Shown: one piece after another, positions 1 through 11,439 of the stretch
How the letters are laid out: each line of letters begins with the position of its first letter
How positions within the stretch are numbered: the stretch's first letter is position 1
NCBI GenBank assembly: GCA_013265495.1
Contig: MU057801.1
Location: 2,944,765 to 3,008,764 of the forward strand
Length of the DNA stretch: 64,000 nucleotides
Direction of reading: 5' to 3'
Source: Vicugna vicugna
Taxonomy: Eukaryota
The notes under the pieces: model-generated
Seen by the model: the letters and a program-made list of their open reading frames with translations, nothing else
Database searches by the model: none
Told to the model about the DNA's origin: nothing
Program-made: the position numbers and the translations under genes

Positions 1-599
1 TAAAAGCAGCAAAGGGCTTCAAACTGGGGAGTGACACAAATGAGGTCTGTGTTTTGAGCTGTTATTCCGGCTCCAGGATGGAAAACAAACTGTCTCAAGG
101 CAGGTCTGTGTGGGTGTGGGTGGCAGAGGTTCTGCCTCCAGTTTCCTGGACCTCAGGTAAGCTGGCAGAACCCCACCCCGTCTCCCCACACTTACCAAAC
201 CACCAGAGCCTGTGTGAAGCTGATCATACAGTGTGTGTCCTCACAGAAGGCAGTGGAGACCTCCCGGGGCCCCCAAACAGAACAAAATCTGGAAGCTGAA
301 ACCAAAGCCAGGAGCATTAAGCAACACAGAGATGGGGTCACCCTGAGGCCAGCACCTGCGTCAACACTGCCACCAACAGTGTGGAGAAACCACACTGTGG
401 CCACCTGTGTGGGGCCAGTTCCCTGGGAGAGGTTAATGTGGTCCCAGATTAATAGGCTCCCAACTCTTGGTAAAAGCAAAACACATCCTTTCTGCGGGGA
501 GCAAACTCCTACAGCTCCCAGGATTCCCAGAGACCAACATCATGCAAACGTGAGCTCACAAGCAAAGATCACCACAACATACGTGGAAAAGGACCACCT

Positions 600-1450
600 A
601 TGGGAATCAGAAGAAGCCAGAACAATAGGATTAGACCCCACAGGAACCTCAGATATTGGAATTCAGACACAAACTAAAGGTAAATGTTATGAAATGTCTA
701 CTTGAATAAAAGATGGAAATAAAAGATGAACAAGCAACAAGAAGCAATCAAAAATGATCAGAAAGAACCAAAAAGGATTTCTGGGGGGCGGGGGGAATGT
801 CTACGTAAATATAAAAAACACTGGCAGAGTAGACACCGCTGAAGAAACAATTACTGAGCTGGAACACAGAGATGTGCAAAAGCACCTAGAATGTGATGCA
901 GACAGGAAAGAGGGGTTAAGAAGCGGAGGAGAAGTGAAAAGCCCCGAGGTCACCATCTAACTGGAGAGGACAGTGAGGGCAGAGGCAGTGTGTCCTGAAT
1001 AGTGGCCGAGAGGTCTTCCCAGGACACAGACCTACACACGCAGAAGGCACAGCGTCTTCTACGCAGGGTAAGAAAAAAGGAAACCGCCCCGGGCCCTGAG
1101 ACCCAACGGTTCGTCTTCGGTACAGCAGCACCCAGAATGAGACGGGGGCTCCCCAAAGCCCCCCGGGGTTGCTGCTGTCCTGACTGGTGTCAGTGACCTC
1201 TGGGGACTGGTTCTGGGTGCTGGGGACACAGATGTGTCCCACCTGTCCACAGTTCTTCCAACTGCACATGTGTGCATTTTCTTGTGTCCGCAACACTTTA
1301 ATAGAAGGTTCAAAAAGAAAGAAATACACACTTAAACTCCCCAAAGACAAGCCACAGAAGAATGAGAACTTAAAAGCAGCAGAGGACAGGACGCAGGTCT
1401 CCTACTGCAGGTGCAGAATCACGGTGCCCCAGCCCAGGACCCACGAACGC
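600..1450 (+). mobile_element. Ancient L1 5'/ORF1-region relic
   Basis: A-rich stretch with ORF1-like remnants (agtagacaccgctgaagaaacaattactgagctggaa; cacagacctacacacgcagaaggcacag). Heavily diverged. Confidence 0.55.
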
Positions 1451-1979
1451 GCTGTGACGCTGCAGAGCAGGTGGAGCTAAGGCCGCGGCTTACTGGACCT
1501 CAGGCAGGGAGAGCACCCTGCACGGCCCGGTGGCCACGGTGGATGTGAGAGGATGAGGCAGGAGAGTCAGGGTCAGTGATGGGGACTGAGGAGGACCGAC
1601 CAGTCCCTGCTGGCTTTAAAGGAGGCAGGGCCAGACTGGGCTGTCGGCACCTGCAGACCAGACCCTCCTCCAGAAGCTCCGGCAGGCAGGCTCTGCGATA
1701 GCGAGCCTGAGCTCCAGGCCCCACGCGGCAAAATCATCAACGGTGAGGTTTCAAGCCGCTGACTTGGTGGCAATTCATTCCAGCAGTGCTGGGAAACTGG
1801 TGTGCGCTCACGGAGCAGACGGCCCCGGTCAAAGGGCAGAGGGCAGCCCTTCAACTGCTAATCTAGCCCTGCGCTCCTCGGGAGACCGTCCTTCGGAAAC
1901 AGGGGAGAACCTGAGACAGTTTCACGTCAGCAAAACCTGAGGGCATTTGCTCCAAGAGCGTTTCACTGAAGGACCTTGA

Positions 1980-2380
1980 AAGGCGACCACCACAGGAAAG
2001 ATGGTCCCATCAGAAGGCACCGACCCCGGCGTCCAAGACCAGGCCCACCCGGCAGAACGCCTGGCGGAGGTTCTTAAGAAAGTCCGTGTCCAACCCCCAG
2101 AAACACAAGCCACCAAAACTGCCCCCGAGGAAACAGGCCACCCGAGCCGGCCTGTGACCAGTAAGGGGGCTGACTTGCAGCAACAGGACCGGGCTGCTGG
2201 CTTCCCGGGGGAACCCCTCTGACACCTGCAGAGAGAGGCCATCCTCCTCCAGCTCCTTCCAAACCTGAGCAAGGGGACACCTGCTAATTCGTTCTCTGAT
2301 ACCAGAGCCAAAGACACCACAGGACCGGTATTTCTTACCAAAGTGATGCTAAACCCACAACAAGATGCCAGCAAAAATGA
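1980..2380 (+). mobile_element. Ancient L1 ORF2 fragment, GC-drifted
   Basis: Collinear with L1 ORF2 as recalled (cacaagccaccaaaactg..., ggcttcccgggggaacc..., ctgataccagagccaaagacaccaca...gatgctaaa). Confidence 0.65.
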
Positions 2381-2389
2381 TCACTGAGC

Positions 2390-3010
2390 AGGTGCAGAGC
2401 CTGGGATGATGAGAAAGTTCTGGAAGTGGACAGTGGTGATGGCTGCACAACACTGTGAAGGAGTAAAGCCACCGCCTTATATATACACTTAAAAATGGTT
2501 ACAGTGATCAGTTTTATGACAAAAAAGTCAATGTTCAATGACCAAAAAAATTCATTAAAAAAAGACTGATTCATTTTCTAGATTAAAGGACATTAAAGCG
2601 AGATGACAACTGAAGGCACAGCACGTTTGCCACAGCCATGACGGCAAGGCACGTCCACATGGTCGCCTGTGCTCTGCCCACCCCCCCGCTTCACCCCTGC
2701 TCTGCGTCCCACCCCCCGCTTCACCTGTGCTCTGCCCAGCCCCCGGCCCCTTCATGGGTGGGAAATCCAGGAGGCAGGATGCATGATCAAGGTCCCACAT
2801 GGTCAGGGACGCCACGCCAGAGGCAGGGACATAACACAATGCCTAGATGGTGGTAAACAGTCCAGGCCCCTCGGGAGCAGTGAGGCAGTCTGGGGATGGA
2901 GCCCAGGGGCCTCCAGCTATGCTAACATTTTCTACCTTGAGCTGGGAGGTGCGTGGACATTTATTCCTTTTGGTTTATTGTAAATCCCACGTAACCTTTT
3001 GTTTTAAGTG
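2390..3010 (+). mobile_element. Old L1M-type 3' end fragments
   Basis: gggatgatgagaaagttctggaagtggacagtggtgatggctgcacaacactgtgaa...tacacttaaaaatggtt is a typical L1MB/ME 3' motif. Confidence 0.6.
2666..2738. repeat. ~30-bp tandem duplication (2.5 copies)
   Basis: Unit approximately ctgtgctctgcccacccccccgcttcac. Confidence 0.8.
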
Positions 3011-3685
3011 AAGTAACTTGGCCTGGTCACCTGGCCATCAGGGGCTGGTGCCTGAGCAGGGCCCACCCACGTCTGCTGTGAACCAGCGTCACCTGCCTTG
3101 ACAAGTGACAGAACGCCTCATGGAACCTTCGTCTCCACAGGAAGTGGGGACCTCACAGATGTGTGGGGTGGGAGTTAATGGGGCCAAAGGACACGGTGCA
3201 CAGAGCATGAACCGTGTCACACACCTGAGCCCGGCCGTGACCTCTCCCAGGCCACACTCCGTGAGCTGGCAAAGCCTTCCAGAATTCCGGCCTCCTGAGA
3301 CAGAGCGTGTGCCAGGCTGAGCCCCCGGGCCGGGGAGGGGGGCCTAGCTGCACAGACCAACATCTCTGGGCCACCTCCCCACCCTGAGTCGGCCCTGACA
3401 GTGTCACCTGTTCACTACCAGCCGAGTCGGCCATGGGAGGTAAAAACAGTTTGTTCAAATTCTATAAAGTCAAGTGCTTCAGGGACTATGCTCTAGTTAC
3501 CATGAATTTTTAAAGTAAAGAACAAGTCCTGTAAAATAGCCTGTTCCTGCGGAGCTCACCTATCTGCACCGACAGAACCGCTGGCTAACAGGTAACGTGA
3601 CTCTTAGCAGTTTCCCAAGTCCAATTTCAAAGTCTGGCTCTTAAGAAACCCTGACACGGCACCCGAGAGGACGGGGTCCCCGGAC

Positions 3686-3933
3686 CTGAGCCGCCGCAGC
3701 GCGTCCTGCAGCCGGTCCCTGTCCTGCGTCAGCCGCTGCTCCAGCTCTGCCCTCCTCTGCAGCCCGGCCCGCAGGCCACGGATGACCGCCTGCGAGTCCG
3801 CATGCAGGCTGGCCAGCTCGGCCTTCTGGCCCTGCAGCATGCTGCGCTCCAGCTGGAAGGCCTGCTCCAGTTCCTGTCTCTGCTCCGCAAAGCCCCTTCT
3901 CATCACCTCCACTTCCCTTTCGTAGGAGCTCAC
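3686..3933 (-). CDS. NINL: NINL exon 16 (3' boundary less certain)
   Basis: VSSYEREVEVMRRGFAEQRQELEQAFQLERSMLQGQKAELASLHADSQAVIRGL...ALRRL(R); acceptor ttctcag|; best donor CAG|gtccgg (weak, phase 2); 248 nt. Confidence 0.8.
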
Positions 3934-4662
3934 CTGAGAAGAGAGTATGAGGACCTCAGCCGGGGGCCCTAGAAGGGATCTGCCTTCCGGCACCAGGCTG
4001 CCAGCAAGGGTCCGAGCCGGTGGGGGGTGGGGCCCTGAGGGCTGTGAAAGGCTCCCCATGGCCAGGTGGCCGCAGGCTTCCATCACCTCCCTCCCAGAAC
4101 CTTCACTGGGCCCCACGGGCAGGCCCAGCAGGTGCAGAAAGGAGGCTAGGGGTGGAGTGGGGCCGGTGCCTGGCAGACAGCAGGAGGGGGCGAGGGTGGA
4201 CAGCGCCTCCACGAGGCTGGCAGGAGGCCCAGCGGGAAAGGCCACAGAGGAGCTTCTGGCTGAGGCATCCAGGTGGCCCTGCCTCGCTGCCCCGGGACAC
4301 CGACAAGTCCTGGACACTCTCCCCGCAAAAAACCCACCACAGCCGAGTAACAGAGCGGGAGACACATTCATCCAAGGGGCAGACTCGGCCAGGGGGGCAC
4401 TGGAGCGCCCCATGCAGGGCAACCCGGGGAGCTCCAGCTGAGACACAGCTGGGAGCAGCGCCCCCCACGGCACAAGGAGCAGGGCGGTCTGGCCCCTCGA
4501 GACACGCAGGTACACGTGACCCTGCCCCTTCCCACGGTCCGGCGTTCTTCCCCTGCCCTGCCTCACTTCCACTTCCTGTAAACCTTGGCCCCGCGCGCTT
4601 ACTGTGGGGCAGAGGAGTGCCTGGCGGCTCCCGACCCCTCGGCCTCCCTCAGTCCCCCTGAC

Positions 4663-4772
4663 CTTGGCCTCCAGCTGGACCTCGAGGTCCAGGTAGCGTT
4701 CCTTCACCTGCTCCAACATTATCTCCGTTCCTAGACTCACTGGAGCGGACTGGCCCACAAATGCAATGAGGC
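4663..4772 (-). CDS. NINL: NINL exon 15
   Basis: LIAFVGQSAPVSLGTEIMLEQVKERYLDLEVQLEAK; ctgcag| ... AAG|gtcagg; 110 nt; phase fits exon 14. Confidence 0.9.
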
Positions 4773-5065
4773 CTGCAGATGAGAGGACACTTCCGCTTAC
4801 GTCCTGCCCCGGACACCACGGGGTCCGGTCCCAACCCCCACGCTCACTCCTGGACAGCTCCCTGGGACACATCTGCCCTGAGGTCATGGCAAGGTCATTA
4901 TGCCCTTCACCACTTCTGTCACCCTCGTCCACCTCCCTTGGGGCTCTGGGTTCTGCAAAAACCCCGGTCTCAGGTAGGCGGTTCAAGCTGGCCCACCAGC
5001 CGCTGCCACCTCCCCCTCCCCGGGCAGGAGCACCGACCCACCGCCTTCCAGCACCCAGCTCCCAC

Positions 5066-5195
5066 CTGCTGGGCTGTGTCCAGGGGACAGCTGGCCGTCT
5101 GGCTGTGCGTGGGGCTGGCTGGGCCTGCTCAGGGGCAGCTGCGCCCGCAGGCCTTCCAGTGCGGCCTGCAGCTCGTCGTTCTGGTCCTGCAGATC
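5066..5195 (-). CDS. NINL: NINL exon 14
   Basis: DLQDQNDELQAALEGLRAQLPLSRPSQPHAQPDGQLSPGHSPA(G); cacag| ... CAG|gtggga; 130 nt. Confidence 0.9.
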
Positions 5196-6429
5196 CTGTG
5201 GGCAGAGCCAGACACCGCCTCCAGCTGCTGCGGCCTTCGGCCCCAGGAGCGCGGTGTGGAGACGGTGCCAGGGGAGCAGCACGGCCCCCAGCTCAGCAGG
5301 GCAGGCAGGGCTGCCCCCTGGCCTCCAGGACAGCTGTAACTGCACCCAGGCACCTGACTACTTGGTGAGCGACAGAGAAGCAGGGCCATCTCCTGACTGC
5401 TTATGCCCAGCACACCTTCCACCACCGGGGCATGGGGGGCTCAGGAAAAGGAGCTCAGGGAAAGTGAGAAACGCAGAAAATACAGAGAACCATCAGCAGC
5501 TGAAAGCACTGGTGCCTTGTTGAAACGCACGGCGGTGCTACGACCTGGGTGGGAGGCAGCTACACCGGGTCTGCCCTGGTTATGGCCACAGCTGGTGGTG
5601 AGTCTGCAACGGGTTCTGCAGTCACTGGCCACCAAAGCGGACAGCGAGTGCTTCAGACCAAAGGCCACAAAGAAACACAACCGTGTCAACAGAAGGGTGG
5701 TGGCTAGGTGAGCACGCATGTAAGGGGAAGGGGGATTTGGGGGCATGAAAGCTTAAAAGGATCTTGTTTGTGACAAGTGTAACTGGTCCAATCATGGATG
5801 AAATACACCTGAACCAGCACACTCGGTCACCTGACTTTTAAAGGCCCAGTTTCCCAGGTGGTCCCACAGCCGGCACCACCTGTCTGTGCCCTGCCACGTC
5901 TGCTGTGGGTCCCTGTCCCCACATCCCCAGGCTGGCAGTCTGCGCCCACCCCACCTGGAAGATGGTACAGGGCATGCAGCCGCCACAGGCTTCTCCTTCT
6001 GGGACATGCGCTCTCAGGGAGCCCAAACCAGCCACCCACGAGGGCCCATCTCTCAGATCTTTGAGTTTCCTTCCAGGCGGCTCTTGTTAAATAAACCTCA
6101 TCTTCCTGCACTTCCCGGAGGCCCGTGCCTGGCCTGTCACCGTGGTTCCCCCTGGAGGAGCCTTTCCTCGGCAGCCCGAGGCCGTGGGGAGAAGGTACAG
6201 GCCCTGCAGACCTTAGAAGCAGCACAGATTTACTGGGATCCCTGTGCCTCCTCCAGCCTGCAGGAGAGGGCAGGCCTGCAGGGCGGAGCACTCACCCTGC
6301 TCCCCTGGCCCCGCAGTGTCGCCACGCTGGCCACTGAGTGCCTCTGGGGTGGTCAGGCCAGCTCGAGGCATGCCATAGCAAAACTCGATGCTGACTTTAA
6401 AGATCCGATTCCCAAAAGGGAGGTAAGAT

Positions 6430-6612
6430 ATCTCACTTAGAATGTGTTCATACAGATTTGATACTGAAATGATGGCACCACAGATACACTGACGTCAGTG
6501 AAATGTTACTAAAACTGGCGTCACCTGCTTCTTCTCACCTGTGAGATGTGACTACTGGAAAACTCGAAATCACACGCCCGACTGGTATTTTTATGGGACA
6601 GTGCTGACCTAG
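6430..6612. mobile_element. hAT-Charlie MITE (MER3/MER33-like) fragment
   Basis: aatgttactaaaactggcgtcacctgcttcttc...atgtgactactggaaaactcgaaatcacac...ggacagtgctgacctag resembles the MER33 end. Confidence 0.5.
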
Positions 6613-7213
6613 CAGGAAGTATCTGCAGAGCCATTTCCACCCAATGCCCTGCCCCCTTGGGGGTTCTTTTTGCCCCTAAACGGGTATTTTGAGAGCACAT
6701 ATACGTCCTGCAAATTCAGGAGAAAGCAGGCTCTTCGCTGGGCGCAGGCGCTGCGGCTCCCAGGACACACGTGGGAGCGCGGCCAGTTCTAGTCCGCCGG
6801 GCGATGTGTGCCGACCTGGGCCCCAGCCCTGGGTGCCTCCAGCCACACGGGGCGGCTGGCAGGGCTGGGGAGCCAGGTGCTTGTTCTGCACGTGAATCTG
6901 GGGTGCCTGTGGGTGCAGAGGGCAGTCACAGGGGCAGGGTGTCACCCTGCTAGCCAGCAAGGCAGCAAACCCACTGCCCACGCTGCAGCGCCAAGGGTCT
7001 GGACCTGCTGAAGCTTCTCTTCTCGTTAGCGGGAGGAGCGAGCTCAGGAAGAAAGCCGGGGTGGGGAGGGGGGCGGATTTCAACAGCCGCTTGGAAAACA
7101 CTGGAGAGGAAGGTGGAGCGGCCTGGCAGGCTGTCTGGGGAGACAGGCCACGCTGAGGCAGCACACACAGAGGGGCGGACCGCCCAGACACCGGCAGTGG
7201 AGGGGCTGGTGCG

Positions 7214-7491
7214 TGTCTTGGTCCGTTCAGGATGCTAAAACAAAAATACCAAAGGTGGGGGCTTATAAGCAAAAGAAATTGAGTTCTGACAGTTCTGGAG
7301 GCTGGACGTCCACGATTGAGGTGCCCTTGGAATCAGTGTCTGGTGGGAGCTTCCCAGTTCACAGCCTTCTCCTGTGTCCTCATTTGGTGGAAGGGATGGG
7401 GGCGCTCTCTGGGGCCCCCCTCCTAACACTGTCATGTTGAAGAACAGGCTTCAGCATGTGGCTCTGGGGGACACACTCATCCAGGTTACAA
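7214..7491 (-). mobile_element. MaLR solo LTR (MLT1A-like), internally deleted
   Basis: tgtcttggtccgttcaggatgcta...acagttctggaggctgga...ggggacacactcatccag is the reverse of the MLT1A pattern. Confidence 0.7.
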
Positions 7492-7719
7492 TGGGTGGAA
7501 ATGCAGAAAAGAAAAATCTGCATTTATGGTTTCTGACCAGGGACGAGTCACTCCATGAGGGTGTCTGCCCAAGACGGGGCAAAAACACGAAACCACAGAG
7601 GACCTCTAAGAAGGATGCAACCAACATCTTACAGCCCCTTTTACCAAAGGCAGCCTCGTCCAGAAAACTGAGACTGACAGTTGAAATGGAAAAAAAAAGA
7701 GATAAAACCGTGGTGGAAG

Positions 7720-7862
7720 TGGGGGTTCTAGCGTGCATGTGTGCTTAGCAGGTACGAGGTCATGGGTTCGAGCCCCAGTACCTCCATTAAATAAAATACA
7801 AAAAAATAAATAAACCTAATTACCCCCCAAAGCCCCAAACAAACAAGCAAACGAACAAAAGC
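7720..7862 (+). mobile_element. Camelid-type tRNA-derived SINE (atypical 5' end)
   Basis: tgcttagcaggtacgaggtcatgggttcgagccccagtacctcc + A-rich tail with aaacctaattacc. Flanking direct repeat actgacagttgaa at 7673 and 7866. Confidence 0.8.
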
Positions 7863-8212
7863 TAAACTGACAGTTGAATAGGGAGAGAACCCAGCAACAA
7901 CGGGAGCACAGGTCCCGAGCCAGCAGGACCCCCCTCACAAGGGAAGCGGGAAGCGGCAACTCGGAAAGATGGGTGATGCTCGGCAGGGAGGCTCACGCAG
8001 CCTCCACTCTGGAGACTGGCGACGCGCCCGGACCCCCGTGTCTGAGCCGTTCCTTCCTGTCAGGAGCCGGGCTCCGCGGAGAAAGGGCTGTTTCCAGGGC
8101 AGTCGTTACGCTGGAAAGTTCGTAACTGACTGAACAAGACTCGACAGTCACATGTCACGAGGTCAGGGCTGCCGGCCGGAAGATGCCCCACTGGACAGAC
8201 CCCACACAACCA

Positions 8213-8361
8213 GGGCCCCAAAGTGTCGGACACAGTAGCCAACTACAAAGGGGGCGGTGGGGGCCCCAAGATGTCTGACACAGTAGCCAATTACAAAGGG
8301 GGTGATGGGGGCCCCAAAGTGTCGGGCATAGTAACCAATTACAAAGGGGGCGATGGGGCCC
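8213..8361. repeat. 48-bp minisatellite, 3 copies
   Basis: Unit gggccccaaagtgtcggacacagtagccaactacaaagggggcggtgg starting at 8213, 8261 and 8309. Confidence 0.9.
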
Positions 8362-8790
8362 AGGGGCTAGACCAACAGCAGACGGGTGGGACACCGCCGG
8401 CTGACGGCAGGTGACAAGCGCCAGCCGACAGAGCAGATGCTGGAGCTGGAAAACCACCCTTCAGCCAGAGTGGGCAAGAAGCACTGACTGGCCCCAAACC
8501 CAGGGAAACCTCTCACAAAGGGCAGGACGTGCACGTGGCCTTCGAGTGTCTCCCCACCGACCGCTCATCAGCTGCAGGGGAGGAAACCCAGCAGCTGTCC
8601 AGCGGGGCCAGGAGGCCATGCCGAGGGCAGGTGGTCAGAACTGACCTCACCTCCGCTGTGCAGCTGAGAAGGACAACTTCAACCCAAAGGGAGTATCAGA
8701 AAAGCAAAATGAACGTTTCTATTAAAAACGGGGGGGAGCTGTATTCTTTGAAAATGTCCATGTCGAGGGCAAAGGCAGGCTGAGGGAACG

Positions 8791-9144
8791 TGCGCCGGGC
8801 TGAATGTGTCCCCCAGATCCATGTGTCGAATCCCGAGCCCCAGCGCGATGGTGTCGGGAGGTGGGGCTTTGGGGGGTGATGCGGTCATAAGGGTGGAGCC
8901 CCCATGATGGGGGTCAGTGCTCTTGTAACACAGGTTCACAGGCCCCTCGCCCCTCCACGCGAGGACACAGTGAGAGGACAGCCAGCCACCTGCAACCCCG
9001 AACAGAGCCCTGCAGACACAGCGTCTGCAGGCTCCTTGACCTCGGACCCACCCGCGTCTAGAAGCGCGCGAACTACATCTCTGCGGTTAATAAGCTCCCC
9101 AGCCTACAGTGTTCTTTCTACCGCCGCCCGGAACGGGCGAAGAC
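8791..9144 (+). mobile_element. MaLR solo LTR (MLT1A-like)
   Basis: ggctgaatgtgtccccc...ggaggtggggctttgggggg...gggtggagcccccatgatggg...gaggacacagtgaga...ccttgacctcggac. Confidence 0.75.
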
Positions 9145-9149
9145 GAAGC

Positions 9150-9735
9150 TTCAGATTAAAGGACGTTAAACAGACACAGCAGCCTCGGCAACACCTGGTC
9201 CTGGACTGGATCCTGCCCTGGAGGGGAGGGGAGCCCTGAGAGGCGAACCAGCGTCGACACGCCGCGTCCGCAGGGCGCGGCGCTGCATCCGTGGGGGGAG
9301 ACCTGACCAGGCGTCCACCGCTAAGCAGGAGGTACTGGGGGGCGGTTCTCCAGGAGGAGAAGCCCAGCTTTGTAGCTTTCGCTCACTTCTTGGTGTAAAT
9401 AAGCCGCACCATCAAAGGCTCACCAAGAAGTCAGCAAGACACCTGAACATTTAACGTCGACTCTGGTCACCTGACCAGCCCTGCGAAGCTGTAGGGTCAG
9501 CCTGTGCTCAGGAAACGCGTGGGCTGGCCTGGGGGCACAGGGCCCCGGTGCACATGGGTCACCTCAGGTGCTCAAAAACAACCGCGTGTGCACGTCCACA
9601 CACACGTGCACACACTGAGTGCACGGGGCCAACGTGAACAGCTGGGAACCTGGGCGGAGGCCCTCAAGTGTTACTCGAGCTAGTTTCACCTTTGTGACTT
9701 CATGTGTTAGAAATTATTTTCAATTAAAAAGCTTT
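9150..9735 (+). mobile_element. Old L1MC/ME-type 3' end, GC-drifted
   Basis: cctggactggatcctg...gctcaggaaacg...ttagaaattattttcaattaaaaag has the L1MC4-like layout. Confidence 0.5.
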
Positions 9736-10563
9736 TTTAATGCTCTAAATGTTAGTTCAAAACAGCCAAAAATATCCCCCCAAATAGAACAAATTTCAAA
9801 ATAAGCAGCCGAGTCCCGAAATGTAAAATATTTTGCTGATGTTCCAAAAAAAGTCAAGAACCAGAAGTGGATGAGTTGCAGTTCTTAAAGAAGGAAGGTT
9901 ACGCTTGTGCAGTAAAGTAACATACGAATGGGTGGCTGGTTCCAGGTGCCCAACGTGGAGAGAAAACCCAGCAGGAAGGCCAGCTCCCTCCGGCGGTTGA
10001 GCGGCACGACCCCGAGGCACCACAGCCCCCAGCCGCAAACCACACGCCAGCCGGGCTCCCGAGGAGGCGGACGGCTGACACACGCAGGGCTGCGGGGCAC
10101 CTGGGACTTGGGGCTTGGAGGGCAGGGGGCCGGGGTCACGCCACACTGCACACCAAGCACGAGCTCACCTTTATCCTCTGGTGTGGCCAAAGCGTCGCGT
10201 GCAGAAACACAGGGCTTGCGTTAGTGGGGAGGGAAATCACTAAGAATCAAGTTGCCGCCACACCCTTAACACCAAGCAGCGACGTTGTCTACGCTGGCTC
10301 CTCAGTGATCTTGAGAGGGTAGCGGGCTGGGCCGCGTTTCTACGCCTCGGGCCCCGCCACCTGCGCCCCACTCTGCACGGCACACACTGGCAGGTCTGGC
10401 CCAGGAAATGCCAACAGCCACGCACGGGAGACAAGATGAAGCCCTCCATGCTGCCCGGAAACAGAGGGGCCTTAGGGTTGGGGTTAGTGCCAGCCCGGGA
10501 GCCGGGCAGCCTGGCGGGAGCTGGGCACAGGTGCTGGGCAGGCGGGTCCTGGCCCTCCCTTCA

Positions 10564-10845
<282 letters not shown>

Positions 10846-11259
10846 TTACCTCTCACACTCCCCCTACCCCGGCTCAGCACCTCCGGAGACAGCCGCCCAT
10901 CCCTCCTCCTCTCCCCTTGTTTGAAAGGTCTCAGGGCAGAAGGATGGTCCAGACTCATGGAAGGTGGCCTCGCGCCCACCTGGAGCCTGGGCTGCCTTCT
11001 TGCTGGGCTGCCCCTGCCGAGCCCTGCACCTGCCCTCCCCTCCTCCCCACATGGGGATGGCAGGGGGCTTCCAACCTCTCCCCGTGCCCCCACCACTGAG
11101 ACTCTGCCACTGGCCCAGGCCTTTGTCACTAAAGGGCCCATGTGCAGGGCATCACCGGCACTGCCTGAAGAGGAGGAAAACCTGGAAAGTTGTCTTGATT
11201 TTCTCTGCATTCTAGAATTTTAGCAGGAAAAAATCCTGTCACCTGTGCATTCTTTGCTA

Positions 11260-11439
<180 letters not shown>

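Noticed and set aside
1570..1920. Possible NINL exon 17 remnant (minus ORFs of 93 and 74 aa)
   Set aside because: No NINL-like peptide. Part resembles a MaLR LTR edge (tgccaccaagtcagcggcttgaaac).
3604..4986. 460-aa ORF as an independent single-exon gene
   Set aside because: It is NINL exons 15-16 plus intron sequence. The listed start is a TTG in intron 14, not an ATG.
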